Source: Nymphaea colorata
Taxonomy: Eukaryota
Reading direction: 5' to 3'
Assembly (NCBI RefSeq): GCF_008831285.2
Contig: NC_045138.2
Location: 29,016,001 to 29,080,000 of the forward strand
Length of the DNA stretch: 64,000 nt
A program made the position numbers and the translations under genes. The notes beneath the pieces were generated by a model. The model saw nothing but the letters and a program-made list of their open reading frames with translations, made no database searches and had not been told where the DNA came from. Positions 36,698 to 51,131 of the stretch are shown here, one piece after another; positions within the stretch are counted from its first letter, which is position 1, and each line of letters starts with the position of its first letter.

Positions 36698-39600
36698 ATG
36701 GAGGAAGCGCACCCGGGGCTCCATGAAGGAGCTGCAGACGATTCGTGTGGGGAATGCCTTGATCTGACAAGCTGCCAACTCCATGATCTCGATGGGATTG
36801 AGATCCCCAGGAGCCTGGTGGAATTGGAGTTGACGGCGAATCGACTCTCGGAGTTGGACCCAAGAATCGGCGAACTCTCTCTGCTGAAGAAGCTCTGCCT
36901 CCGCCAGAATCTCTTAACCGACGAGAGTGTTGAACCTCTCTCTCGATGGGCTGCAATTTCCGGGCTTCACGTACGTGTTATATTCGATGCTGCCCTTTAT
37001 CTCGTTTGTTGATGTCTATTTGACCTCTTATCGTTGTTTGTATGGTTGAAGTTTCCTTTTTCCCAGTCAGTGAGGATCGTATTTGTGGTTTTTAGTGGAA
37101 TTTTGATTGCTAAGTATATGATTTTCATCTCAAGATTGAGATTTTCAGAATATTGGTGCTTGGGGATTAATGAAGTGCGATAAACAAGTATACCATCCAA
37201 ACTAATCCGCCCAGCTTCCCTGTCAACGGACGGCCTATTTGGCATTTCACTTTTCGAGGCTTAATATGTCTTTCTTTTCCAGTTGATTATTCTCAGGTTC
37301 CATGGTATTCGATATATGGAATTAGTATGTGTACGTTTTACCTGGGTTTATCGATTTTATGGATAACAAATGATGGTACGTGCATCTCATATGATTCGAA
37401 TTCATGTGGTTCGAAAATCATGTGATTCCAAATGGTGCCGTCAAATGCAGCCTTGATTAACAGGAGGAGCATGTAGAAGTGGCTGCTTGTGTGATTCAAA
37501 ATGATTTCTCTGAATTTCCATGCTTATGTCGTTACAATAAGTTGAGCACTAACTAGAAAAATCCTAACACATTGTAGAGAGAATGGTTCTATTATGAGAG
37601 TATGCTACTTCTGTCTTCTAGAGGTAGGTGGCTTAACTGCTACAATATTGTCCTGGTCTACACCGACCTAGAGTCAACTAAGTGTTGTTTCAGACAGAAA
37701 TTTGTTGATAGTTTCACCCATCCATTTCTGTTCTGGCGATATAAGAACTTAGCTTAAAATTTGTTACTCAAACTCTCACCGTTAGTTTTTCTAGCTAGAA
37801 CGAGACGTCAGTTCAGTGCCTACTTGCACATGGAGACTTGTGATGCTCCGTTCTGCATCCGGCTCTTATCATTAAGGTCCTTCGCATCAAATCTGTTCTC
37901 TGTTGATACTTTTCTCTGTCAAAAGGGGGAAATTTCCCAATAAAACCCATCTTCTGATTTTACCTTCCAGAAACAGCAGTTGATTTTGTGGTTAAGTTTG
38001 TGCCAATCATTTTCAACCTTGCAACAGCAAAATTGCTTTCCTTTTTATTGTTAATGACTACTATTCCAAAAAGAGCAGTTTAAATTTTAAACATTAAAGG
38101 ACTGGTCATATGAACCTTACAGTTAACTTGAACCAACAAGTTAGGTCCTTATCTTTCCTTTTTGTCAACAGCACTAGTCTTAACATTTCTATAAAAAATT
38201 GCCTGTTCCTGTCATTCAGCAAAAGCATGTCAGTTATACTGCTCTCTCTATTTCACTTGATAATTATATCTTTTCCTCGTATGTCATTGCCATTATACCA
38301 AAATAAGTTTTCATGTTTGTCTGTCCTGAAGTCCCAAGTGTCGACTGGTGGTTCTGACAAGTGAACTTGTTACTCCTCAGAAAGTGAAACACAAGTGAAC
38401 TTATTAGTTATTACTTCGCAGTTGATCCTTCTGACTGCTTTACAATGTAGGTACCTATAGTTCATTTCCATGACTGTCTACTCTATAATTTGACGTCCTA
38501 TTTTTAGCCTTGATTCAAACTTCTTGAGTCTATTCAAATTTACGTTACCTTAAGAAAATCTAACAATAAAAGTATAATGAAACTCAAGTGAAAAAAATCC
38601 ATCATTCTTGCTTGAGCTAAAATGTCTACTCTAAAATATGTCTTGCTTAATGAAAGAGCACTTGAGAAGACCTGCACTTCCAAGCAAGCAAGTGATTAGA
38701 CTATGTCAGTAGCAAGCAGTATTTAATTTTCTTTTTTATTAGTCAAGGAATCAACTGATCTATAAGAAAGAAAGCATATAAAAGCAATCTCGCTTTTTTC
38801 TGTTGTAAAGTTTAACACCAAAAAATAGAGGCATACTTTTCATGGGCAGCCTCTTTTTTATGTTTGTCTAATTATATGTGTTGGCATTTAGCAGTCCCAT
38901 ATATCTTATTTGCATGTCTAGGAGACTAGGAACTTCATCCAGTTCACTGTTATGTTCCTTTATCGCAATGCCATTAGAAGAGGGCGCTTAGAGCTTTCAT
39001 AAAGTTTCATTGACTTATTTTGTGGATTTTCTCGCATCTCTCTGAAAAGAGAACCTTTTTTTGTAATGCTGCAGGAGCTTGTTCTAAGGGATAATAAGCT
39101 TACAAAATTACCGGATGTCAGCAATTTCAAGAACCTTCTGCTTTTTGATGTGTCGTTCAATGAGATATCTTCCTTGAATGGATTATCTAAAGTATCAAAC
39201 ACGCTTAAAGAGCTCTATGTTTCCAAGAATGAAGTGACTAAAATGGAGGAGCTGGAGCACCTGCATGAACTGCAAATTCTTGAACTTGGCTCAAATAGAT
39301 TACGAGTAGGAACTCTCATACTACTTGAATTATAAACTTAGAAATCATAAATCATTATTTTGTCCTTCCATGCCACTGCTGAAACTGACATATTGATTGA
39401 TGTTCTATTTCAGGTAATGGAAAATTTGCATACTCTGAAAAAATTACAGGAGCTTTGGTTGGGCAGGAATCGAATACGTGCAGTAAACCTTTGTGGGCTA
39501 CAGAACATACGGAAGCTAAGCTTGCAGAGCAACCGTTTAACGTCTATGTTAGGATTTCAAGTATGCAATTATTGAAGTTGTTTGCTTAGAAGATCCCCTT

Positions 39601-40953
39601 CTTTGTTTTCTTAAAGAAGCTGATGTTCGTATGCATGACTTTTAGAATTTAGTTGACCTGGCTATTTGCATTACTTTTTAGTTTGACTAGAAACTGTTTC
39701 CAAGTTATTTTGCATGACTTTAATTTCATCTCCAGTATCTCTTTTTTCTTTTTACTTCTTTCCTATCTTCCGCTCTGGGAAATCCTGTATTGTCTGAATC
39801 AAAATTTGGTCTCATTATAAGCTTACTGGAGAAAAAGGGGAAATTTGGGATTTGAGATTCTTGACAGTGTTGTTACAAACGGTTTAAAAGAAATGGAACA
39901 GCGGAAACTTCATAATTGTTGGTCATGAAATTCATGGACATATTATTATTTTGTGAAAACCAATCAATGTTGTGTCCAGAATTGCATAAAGCTATTCCGA
40001 GGTAATCTATTTGCATTAAAGCTTTGCCTATATTTTGTTGGATTACTTGCATCATGCTTGTGGGAAATCAGAAAATTATATTGGTAAATGTAATTAATTT
40101 TTCTGGAGGAAGAAATTGCACAAATCATTATACTCCCAAAATTCATGAAGTGGCATCTTATTGAGTGGATGGATTGTTTTTACTTGTGTTTGTGATATCC
40201 TTGTTATATGTTTTAAAATGTCTGAAATCTGCATAATTGCAGTCTGATGTGATTGATAATATATGCATCTCTACAGGAGTGTATTGCTTTGGAGGAGCTG
40301 TATCTGAGCCATAATGGCATATCTAAGATGGAAGGATTATCCACATTAATTAACCTCCGTGTGTTGGATGTGTCGTCAAATAAAGTCACAGAAATTAGTG
40401 ATATTGAGAAGTTAACAAGGTAGGAACATAAGATCATCCGATCTTGCAAGTTGCAAGTGGTATAATTTTGTGCGTTTGACTGACACTGACACTTACAGAT
40501 TGGAGGACTTATGGTTGAATGACAATCAAATTGTCTCGTTGGAGGGCATTGAGTCAGCAGTTGCCAGCTCCAAAGAGAAGCTTACGACCATATACCTTGA
40601 GCACAACCCATGTGTATGTCTCCTTGATCTTGGTTACAATTCTGTTGTAGTAATCCTCATTAGGGAACGCTAGAGTGCAAAATTGATTGGCTCAACTCTT
40701 CCAGCAGTGGGTAGCTCACTGATTAAGGAAAGCAACCTTTTCTTTTTTCAAAGGCTGATTAGCAGGATTTCATGTGTGAGGAGCAAAATTAAGTTAACTT
40801 GCAATCACATGATTTGCACTGATCCTCTTGGATAGAAAATCATTAAAATATGGTGTTTCTTGGTTTGTACAGGCCAAGTTGCCGGACTATGCAAGCATGC
40901 TGAGGAATGTGTTTCCAAATCTGCAGCAGATTGATTCTCATGTGTTTTTGTAG
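36698..40953 (+). CDS. Protein phosphatase 1 regulatory subunit SDS22/PPP1R7-like LRR protein, 6 exons, ~329 aa
   Basis: Exons 36698-36970, 39075-39305, 39414-39560, 40277-40419, 40499-40613 and 40873-40953, frame preserved (990 nt). SDS22-type LRRs (LKELYVSKNEVTKME, LQELWLGRNRI, LEELYLSHNGISKMEGL, LEDLWLNDNQI) and an LRR cap (IYLEHNPC...FPNLQQID). Confidence 0.92.
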
Positions 40954-42078
40954 GATTTGATTGTTTCTTATTAGTTATTTTGCTGAACCAGTGGATTTTA
41001 CTTGTTCATGTGGTATACCTGATTGTCATGTACTTATAAATTTTGTCAACTATTTAATGGTCCTATGTTTTTGTTTCGATTTTGGACGAAAGTCTGGAAC
41101 GGGCAGTTCGTGGCAGCATTAGTTGAGACTAGGAGACAGTTTTCGGACTAGCAAAAAGAAAAGGTGCTACACTAAAGCATGTACATCATTGTACATCACT
41201 GACGTTCTGCTGTGTTCAATAGTGTGGGCGAATGGTATATACTCAACCGCTGCTTAACTGGGAATAGGGACCAGACAAACTGTCCTGGTTAAATGTTTGT
41301 CTATTGCCTGCATGGCGGAGGAGAAATCCCTTTTTCTAGGAAAAGGGACACACAGAAAACCACAATGCATCCTGTTTTCTAATGAAAGCCACCTGTTCTT
41401 TCCCTGGATGAGGCATTTCACCCGCAACTGTTAATCTCTTGATCTGGGAGCTGTGTTCAGCTAGTGAGAGTGCTTGAATTTGTTCATCAAATTAGTTGTA
41501 TGAGTAAACTGTGGTTTTTCTTATCCCAAAAGCGAACGAATCGGCTTCCCTTTTTGCTCCTACACTCCTGTTTTGTATTAAAAGGTCAGTTTATTGTACT
41601 GAGCTTGTTTATGAGATGTATATGAAACAGTGAATATTTGTGAACAATTATTTATTCTCAATGAATGAGCCTGAATAAGGCCAGCTCTTGTTTGGCTTGT
41701 ATCGCAGCTTGCTAAAGTCCATTTCAGGACATGGGCCCTACTTGTATTGTTTCTCTTTATGGGCCCAGACCACTCAAACTTTGTCTTAAAACTATGTCTC
41801 TCATGAATTCCTGTGGAAAAGGATCTTTGAATGGGGTTTCCCTGACTTGCGGGCGCAACTTTCCCTTGGTAACTCTTGCAAATGGGGGTTTGCAAAAGCA
41901 CACTATCTTACAGTGGACATTAAAACCATGAGCTTAAACGCCAGGTCTCCCACTTGGTTTCACCGTCATACCGTACAATAATTGGGCATATTTATCTCTT
42001 TGATACCGCTATTTAAACATGTATAGGACAAATAGTCACAAATAAAGAGCCTAAACGGCTGAATTTGGTGAACTCGGG

Positions 42079-42127
42079 CTGTTTATGTTAGACTAGTATC
42101 GACTGTTTATGTTAGACTAGTATTGAC
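42079..42127. repeat. Tandem duplication, 24-bp unit x2
   Basis: CTGTTTATGTTAGACTAGTAT.GA at 42079 and 42103. Confidence 0.9.
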
Positions 42128-43041
42128 GCACAATAGTTTTTTCTAATGTTTATTTAGGGAAACAGCCTTCAACCTAAAACCCTCAAGATCATAGCCTTAT
42201 GCCTTCAAAGTTCTTGTTTATTATGGGGCATGGTAGACTTACGGTACACTATAAGCTCGGTTGTCGTGCTTACCACAATTTGCAGCACAATAAAGTACCA
42301 CACTGGAGGCGACCATTAGATTTGAATCTTGATGCTTTCACCGTTGTTATGTGCACGCCTTACTGAATGAAGTGACCTCTCCCGTCACTTTTTAAGTGTC
42401 GCTAGAAGTCCCACTAAGCCCTTCCAGCTTCCCCAACCCAACTTCTCTTCAACGACTAACAATTCTTGGCATGTCTATTACAAATGAGGACAACCGATGG
42501 TCTTTCCATTGTTTCTTTGTTCTAATAAATTCCTTTCTTTCTTTGTTCTAATAAAGGCTGCCAGCTCGCAGCTTTTCTTTTTTCCTTTTTTTAAAAAAAA
42601 AAAATTCTAAGATGCTGTTAAGTAGATTAGTTTTTTTCTTGATATTCTTGCTTTTGACATAGCTTGCTTTCTCCCTTGTTGTGAGATTCTAATTTTCATC
42701 ATAGTATGCCATGTGTGTCCAAGTAGTCCGCTATAAGAAAAGTCATAATCATTTTAATTTTCTTTTCTTATTTAATTTTTTATTGTTTATATGTTTTGAT
42801 TGAATTCATGTGATTTTCTATTGTATAGTGTGTCAGGTAATAGTTTATTAACTGTTTATAAGCTATGAATGGTCAACACGAGGTAAATATGTTTTTTTAT
42901 ATTATTGTAGCATATTAATTGTTGTTTTTCTTTTTTTATATTATTTTATGAATATTATATATTTTGGTCGTGAATCTTAGGCTTCGCTTGGCCTCATCTC
43001 ATCTAACAACATTGGCTTTTACACCATGGTCTGCACTCATA

Positions 43042-43141
43042 TGCATCAATGTCGATGACATTGCTGAAAAGAACTCTGGTTTCAAGCTCATTGCATCAAT
43101 ATCGATGGCATTGCTCAAAAGGATACTGGTTTCAGGATCAT
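43042..43141. repeat. Diverged tandem duplication, 50-bp unit x2
   Basis: TGCATCAAT.TCGATG.CATTGCT.AAAAG....CTGGTTTCA.G.TCAT at 43042 and 43092. Confidence 0.85.
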
Positions 43142-43761
43142 TAAGATTCGTACTCCGGGCAATTATCCAAAAGTCGACTCCGTGAAAACAGAAAGCCCAA
43201 GAGGAAGAGATGAACCAAGACGGAGAACGAAATTGATGCACGTAAAATGCTCAGCAGATGTTCTGTTTCTGAACCGAAGCCGTACCCAAGAAACAGGGAT
43301 ACGCATTTGAATCTAGAGATTTGCTACCTGAAGGCTCACTGTGGCATAAAAGGCTGGGTTTTCATCCGAAAACGTTCTCATGCCGTTAAAGAAAATTCAC
43401 CAATGGGTGCAGTGTCAGATGATGATGTTGGCACTCACCAAGCTACCATAACTGCCCTCAACAAGAACAAATTCAGTCATCTGCTAGATCACATTCCTAA
43501 ACAGATACGCCGTCGGATGATCTCGCCCACCAAAAAAGGCACGTAAACTTGTACCAGAATGGCGAGTGTCCATCAAAGGAATGAACAGCAGGAAAAAATG
43601 TGACTTCTCAAACAAAATGATCTGCTAATCTCGGCATTGGATCAGCAATAGCATACTGTGAAAGAACCAAAAGAAACATTCGAAATTTGAAAAACAATGA
43701 ATACTACAAGAGACACACTAGTTGCATTACCCTGAAAAACGCCAGCTAAATCAAACCTTTA

Positions 43762-44029
43762 AGCTCATATGAATAAAAGAATCATCAATCATCAATCCAT
43801 AAAGTCCCCAACATTCTACTATCAGATCAGCCCATTTAATGGTTCAGGCCAGTGCAAGCTGCAACAGTACCCAACATATGACCCGCTAAGGAGCTAGCTC
43901 TTATATGAATAAAAGAATCATCAATCCAGGTCGACCCCAACATTCAACAATCAGATATACCCATATAGCAGATGGTTCAGGCCAGTGAAAGCTGCAACAT
44001 TCGCCCAGCAACCAGCTACGGGACTAGCT
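43762..44029. repeat. Diverged ~135-bp tandem duplication just 3' of the unc-13-like stop codon
   Basis: ATATGAATAAAAGAATCATCAATC...CCCCAACATTC...ATCAGAT...ATGGTTCAGGCCAGTG.AAGCTGCAACA...CTAGCT occurs twice. Confidence 0.85.
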
Positions 44030-44170
44030 TTTTTCTTTTACAAATGTATCAGGTGGCACAAGGGTTGGTGAACCCTTCAGGAGAGTACCAATACTTTCTT
44101 CTAACTACATAATACAGTAGATACACACAGGACTGCCTGTGAACCTTGTAATGAAGGCAAACACTGAACA

Positions 44171-47100
44171 CTACAGTTTCTTTGGCAGGCCGTAATTCTT
44201 TTTGAGGAATTTAGTAGCTGCTTCATCATTCCGATGACAGAGAACCCGCAGGACTGTGTTGGGGTCTGATGGAGACCAGTTATCAGGAGTTGGAGGGAGA
44301 GGCAGCTTGGACATGGCAGGACCATAGGCCCGTGAAACTACCTGCTTAAACCGATCAATCACTTCTCCTGTCTCAGCACGGAAAAGAGGAAGTACATTTG
44401 TTACAGGTGTTGCCGCCTTCTCGACCAACTCTGGTGGCAACCCATCACCGTCAGCCACATACAAGTTTTTGAGGGATGTGAAATCTTCTTCTATTAACTG
44501 AGAATCACGGCGGGAGAAGGCACGATATGGACCACCAGCAAGGAGCACCAGCAAGAACCCGTCAAAGGAGACTTTCATCAAGGCAGTTAGAACACGACTT
44601 CGGACTTTGTTGTGCACTGTGCTCGCAATTAACTCAAGCTTTGGCTCTAATTCCTTAAGGAATTGTTCAACCCTTGAACTTGCTGGTTCCCCAACATACA
44701 GACCGTCCCAGAGAACATGACTCAGATCATGGAAAACAACCTTGTATGCAGTTGCCTCAGAGAGTTGTTGAATTCCTTCAAGACAACCAGCAAGAGAAAG
44801 CTCAAACTTGGCATCCTTCCCACTTGAAATGGACATGGTAGTAGATTCTCCATTTCTCAAATGAGAGATTATTCTTTTGTCAAGAACCTCCAACTCCGTC
44901 CGGATCTGATGAAGAGTATTCATACGGACACAAAGCTGTGGCAGACCAAAAGCATGATCACCGTTTGCTGTGCCCACCTGTGATTTCTTTTTCATAGGCA
45001 ACTTCTCTTTTTTCTTAAAAGCACCCAACTTTGAACTAGTCGTACATCTAGTCAATGCTGGTAGGGTGGGTAAGTAACTGCTCTTTGTTCCTACAAAGAA
45101 TGGAAAAAATGAATCAGATTATTGCAGAATAAACATTAAGAGATTTTGCAGACTTAGTTCATACCGCAACCAGATTTCGTCTTTGATACATAATGCTGAA
45201 GACCACGGTCTAGGCCGGATACTAGATCTGGAAGTAAATCTTGATGCATGGGAATTGGTAGCTGAAAGAATGCCTCAATTGTCTCATCCATCATTTGAAG
45301 AACTTCCACGACAGAAGGAGCAAACCTATCCTTGTTTGCCCTTGGATCCCACACCTACAGAAAAGCTGAATCCTGTTATATCATGTCAGCATGCTTTTCT
45401 TGGGCAACAGGCAAAACTTCACTGGCACATAGTTGTCTAAATCAAAAACTAAAGCTGCTCATTGTTCGTTGACAAGAAACAGCACAGTAAGAAGATGAAA
45501 TAACTTACAGTGCAAATGCTACAGATTAGATATAAAAGGATCAAAAATTGTTGACTATCATTCCTCAATATACCTAACAAGCCAAATTTTGCACCAGAAA
45601 AGCTTTTGTTTTGGTTTCTTCAGAAACTCCAAAGAAAGTAAATTATCAGCACTTAGTACACTCAGCAAGTTAATATCTGCACCAGAAAAGCATGCCCCAA
45701 ATTTTCTCTTCAGTATAGATGCCCGTTCATGCAAAAGACTATTTCAAGTAAGCAGAACAATCTTTTCATGAATGGAGATTAAAAGGATAGGTTCGGAAGC
45801 AGTCGACACTAGCTGCCCATATCATAGTCCATTATCAGAACCAAAATGCTTATTACAGCAAAAACATCAGATCTACAATGTCCAAAATAACTTGTGAGAT
45901 ATGATACGATAAGTACCTATCGCTGCCATTAAGAAGAAACACGTAGCAGTTAATCATACAGGTTATTTTAGGCTTTTAACTATTGCTGCAATGAAAAAAT
46001 GTAGATTTGTGTACATGAACAAGGTCATCAAGAGTGTTACAGTTTACCTCATGCTGCAAGTTCCTGTCAACCCATTCCCTCAGTCTATCAACTCTCAACT
46101 TTATCCATATTTTGGCCAGATTAGCCATTGCAGATTCAGCCTCATAAGGAGGCATCTCACGAATAATCGCCTTTCCGCCATCCTCGCTATCAACTGAGTC
46201 TTCTACAGCAATATTGACTAGGTCCTTCTCTAACTTGTCTGCTGACTTTAGGACTTGGACAGCATCAGGAGTCAACTCAGTTACACCCGACATAAATTGC
46301 TTTAGCTCTCTTCCATAGCATGCATGGAGTGTCGCCACAGCCACACCAGCAGACAAAGGATGCCACTTCTTGAATATAGGACTAAAGATTTCTTTCTCAT
46401 ATTTTGCAAGATCACCTATGTCTCTTGCAAGAACAGAAAGAACTGGAGATGGGTTCTTACTAGAACGCCTGTTTGAATCAACTTTTTCCATTTTCTGCAT
46501 TCAAATAAATGTTATGATGAAATTAACTCAATTAAAACAAGAACTAATTTTCCAAAACAAGGTAATGTTCTATATTGCTAAACATGGAAAAAAGCGCAAA
46601 TATGAGTGTGATTGCAAACATGGAACTAATCCTTGTCTCTCTTTTCTGCTTCCTTTTCCAAGAGGAGGATGACATTTCTCATTTTGCCCTTATTAAGAGA
46701 CAGGCTGATGTAAGGGAACAGTAATAAAAAGGGAAATAAGAGGCATCTGAATCTGATTTTCCCTTGTAGGTCCCTTTCAGGGGCCACAAAGAAAAGACAG
46801 TTAACGTTCCTATATAACTTCCTCCCTCCCTCCTTCTTATTGTCGACCCCCTGTTGCTTTTTTTCTTGACTGAAGGTTGAATTGCCTCAAATGAACATGG
46901 AATTAGAGAGGTAAAGCTTTAAGATAGTCCAACCTCACAGATCCAGCTATTACATTAGAACAAATTGCAATCTGCTTACCTGTGCAAAAGCTGTTCGTAG
47001 AGAAGACCTGATGTAGGTCTCAATCCTGTTGCGAGCAACATCAACTTCCCCCCTCCTTTTACGCCTATACTCAGTTGAAATATCTTCAACTAGTATCTTT

Positions 47101-49743
47101 GCAGCCAAAACACCCAAAGAAACAACACTCTGCATCAACTCAATGGTTTCAGCCTGAAAGGTATCATGATATGCCAGAAGCCTCTTCTCAGCCCAACCAA
47201 GAATTGAAGACAGTGTTGAATTCAAGATTTTAGCATATAATGGATCCTTTGTCGTTTTTGCATCTTTTTCAACTTCTGCTAATTGATTCTCGGCAGCTAG
47301 TAGTAAATCATTTTCCACTTGCCCAGTTGCAACAAACCGATGAAAGAGAACCCAAGAAAAACAAAGGCTATGGAGCATTTGATTCATTCCAAGGATTGGC
47401 CACGTCTTTTTTATGAGATCTAATACCTCATCGAGCTCCTCAATAATTGTAGATTCATCATTACTGTCAAAACAAGCCTCTAACAGCATCTGGTAGAGTA
47501 TAAGATTAAAGGGTGATCCATCCGCCCAGTGGCATGTCTCTGAGGGAAATGCATCAACTGATCTGCATGCAAGAGGCATGATAGCACTTCTCAGCACTTG
47601 CATTGATTCCGAATTTTTTCCTGTTTCTATTGACCTATCAAAGGCACCCTTTAGAACTTGACGAAGCCTCGCTGCACCTGAGTCATTTTTTTCCAGAGGT
47701 GAAACAGGATGCAGAAGAAGACCAGCTTCAATTATCTTCAAATTTCTGACTTTCCAAGCCTCATATTCTTCAGCGTCTGAGAAGTCAGAAGCCTTGAACT
47801 GCTGCAAGAATTCTAGAGGCAGAACAATTGCTTCAACACGCTTCCCAAGCTGTTACAGGCAATGAATACAGTTCAAAACTCATAATACAAAAAAGTACAA
47901 AAAGGAAATTCACAGAAATAACAGGCTAGAAGTTTTTATTGAATGGGCAGATCGGATCTTAACTTGTGAAGAATCCTTAAGCCATAAAGACACTGTCGGT
48001 AATTGGACCTTAAGTCCTTAACCCAAAAAGAAAAAACGAGCGGGAAGAATAAGATTCATTTTGAAGGAAGAATAAAGACCGTCAAGTTGCTTGATCTGTT
48101 GAGCGCCAAAATACAGTGATTGAGATATGAAACATCTTGGATATGTTCTCTGAAATGAAACTATACATGCTCTTGATTCATTCTTGCTTCTCCTAATAGA
48201 AGTTCAGGGTGGTGCCTTGGCCACCTTTTCTTTGGGAAAATTTTGATAAGATCGGTTTCTCTTGTCTGTTCATACCTTTTCAATCTAAGTATCCAATTTA
48301 GAAAAAAAAAGAGTATCATTGACGTACGACAATTCCAAATCCCAGAATTTCCTTGGCCTTTGCATATCAAACCAAGAAAGGTGTCAGCAGTTATTTCACC
48401 TAACCAAGCATTGCTTTAGGTTCCCTCTCCTAAACAAAAAAGGACACCATACATTACAAAGCAGCAGATGGACCCAGCACTTTTACATCAGCAAGCAAAT
48501 TGTGAAGGTGGATTTCATTTAACCAAAATACTAACGCACTATATTATTTTTTCATCTAGCTGAGGATCATCGATAAACACTTGAGACACGAAGCAGTGAA
48601 TTAACCAACTAGTAAATGAAATAAAGAACGGTAACTATGCCGTTGAAATTACCAGTTTAAAACACACGACAAGGAAAAATCGGAACAATTGGGCTGGATA
48701 TTCTTAAAACCCACGACTAAGAAGCAGGATGGTAAGTAGGATTACGTCAACAACCAATCACCAGAAATTATCGGATCCAAAAGCCAAAGAAAATTTGCCC
48801 GGAACTATCACACAGTTCCAGTAAGCTAAACCACAACCAGAGGTGGGACTGAGTAGCGGCAGAAGCCATTGAAGGAACACTTAGACAAACATCTCGAGCG
48901 ATACAAATGCCGATCATCAATCATGCCACATGTTTCAGAATCATAATCGATTCGCGATAAGTGGTACTTCACTGGATACAACACCGACAATTTTCAAAGC
49001 AATTAACGACCAAGTAAACCAATCACAATGGCATGGCAGCCAACATAGCTAAGACCCAACCAAGCTATTCACCATAGCATGATCAGATCTGCCGAAAAAA
49101 CAACCAATAAATCAATAAAAAACCATAAATCGAGAGAATCCATCAAACAGAACCAAACAACCGCCACAAGCAACAAGACCAAACAATTGCCACAAAAAAA
49201 ATCTACAAACAATCAAAGATCAAACTTTTCGGTCTGACTCACTTGTCCAGCAGCAATCCTCAAAAGTGCACGGCGAATTCGACCGTCCTTCTGCTCAGAG
49301 ATCTTCATTTGAATCCTCATCAACTCTCCAACCGTCATCGGTTTTTTTGACGATCTCGACGGGCTCCCATCATTCAATGGACTCTTCTTCGAGGACTTCA
49401 ACCCTAAGGCCTTCTTCATCGTACTTGCTGCAGAGAAGGTCAATGATCTGTGCAAGGGAGATGAAGAAGAAGTAGAAGAAACGGATAAGGCAGACGGAGA
49501 AGACGTCAGCGACCTCTCCTTTTCACCACTCCTCTCCGATTGAGAAATGTACGTCAAAGGTTTCCCTCCCGACGGTCTGCACGCAGCAACGAAGATCTCG
49601 TACGCCGTCTCCTTTAATTCTGAGGGCGAGATCTCCACACCCAATTCACCAAAAGGTGAGCCCAAATCAGAAGCACCGTTTTCTGGAATACCCATGTGTC
49701 TCTTTGACCCCCCAAGACTTCTCTCTCTGAAAAAGGGAGCCAT
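44171..49743 (-). CDS. Protein unc-13 homolog (DUF810 / Munc13-homology domain, PATROL1-related family), 5 coding exons, ~975 aa
   Basis: Exons 49743-49243, 47849-46980, 46494-46048, 45354-45165 and 45090-44171, frame preserved (2928 nt). Motifs: ELKETAYEIFVAACR, ELMRIQMKISEQKDGRIRRALLR, CHWADGSPFNLILYQMLLEACFD, WAEKRLLAYHDTF, LCVRMNTL, LVLLAGGP.RAF, DPNTVLRVLCHRNDEAATKFLKKNYGLPKKL. The ATG directly follows a pyrimidine-rich TAG acceptor, implying a 5'-UTR intron. Confidence 0.94.
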
Positions 49744-51058
49744 CTACAGAAAGGGAAGAAGAAAACTCTCTCTCCCTCTGCCTCCTTCACTCCCTCTCCC
49801 TCTCGCTCTCTTTTCTCTCTTTCTACTGTGCTTTTATTTGGTAATATTTTTTCTTGAGTATTGAAGGAATCCAGCTCGCCATAGCTTCGATGAAGACAAA
49901 CGTGAATGGAAAGGAGAAAAGGAAATAAAGGAGAGTTGAAAAATATTGAATGATGGGGAAGGAGAAAACGGGCAGTGTGAAAGCAAAGCTGGGTCTTGAG
50001 GTTTAACACTGATCTGATCTTAACGAGAGGCTTTTAGGATGGAGATGGCGAAGAAAGGTAAGCTTTGAAGACTCTCTGCAGAGAGAGAGAGGGAGAGAGA
50101 GAGAGATGCTTAGACTGAGCAGATCCCCCATCAATCTCTGCTGGAGTGGGGTCACAAGGAAGAGTACTGAAGATGGAAGTCCTCCCACTGATTGAGGGAG
50201 TGGAAAAATCTGCGGATTTGGTTCATATATTACCGGTTGAAAAAGTTTTTATCATGCTTTCTCTCTCTAGATTCTGCCCAACGCCGGAACCTTGCACCTG
50301 CAATTTGCAGAAATGAAAATGGCATAATTTGCTTGGTATGGCTTCTTCTAGATCTAAATCTCTGCATGTAATAAACAGTTGATGGCTGTAAGGTTTTAGT
50401 GCTTTTGAGAATTGGAGGTTAAATTCTGTTCAACTTCAGCAGCCTGCATGACGTGTTCATGCGTGGCTCGTTTTGCTAAAAGTTGCGCTTTGAACATTTT
50501 AGATCGTCGGCACATCATAAGAACCTTCTTTTCGTTTAATTTTCACAGATTATTTATAGATAATTCCATGTTTTACTTTCTAATCCTTTTTCCAGTTCGA
50601 TGTATTAATGGTATTAAACGCTTTCTATCCTCTATATGCTCGCATCGCAGCAAATTTAGAAACACCTTGTTTGTAAATCATCGCTGCTGAGAATTGTGTT
50701 CTTCCATAATATAAACGTAATCCCTTGAATTGGAAACTTCCCTCATCTATGCCAATCTTGGACTATTTTTCTTGAGTCATGCATGGAATGGGTTCAGCTC
50801 ACGTAGGTAAAGCCGTTGGAGCTAAAAAGGGTTATGTGCTATCGGATTTTGCTTGAGGTCGAAGTCACGAATAAAGAGTAGCAAGTCATGCTCACAACAA
50901 CACATACATTTGCATCTCTCTCAACCTAACATATATTGACAACCCATTGTTAATATCAACCAAAGCTAGTAATATATATACATATATAAAAGAAAATTGA
51001 ATGGTGTCTTAGTTTTTCAAAGTCACCTATCCATCTAATCAGTGTAGTTTTATACATA

Positions 51059-51131
51059 CATATATATATATATATATGTAGAGAGAAAGAGAGAGAGAGA
51101 GAGAGAAAAAAAAAAGAGAGAGAGAGAGAGA
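51059..51131. repeat. Compound (TA)n/(GA)n/poly-A microsatellite
   Basis: Direct reading. Confidence 0.9.

Noticed and set aside
8693..40953. SF3B2, NUP35 and an SDS22-like gene as a functional nuclear gene cluster
   Set aside because: Neighbouring housekeeping genes are normal in gene-dense plant DNA, and nothing in the sequence indicates co-regulation.
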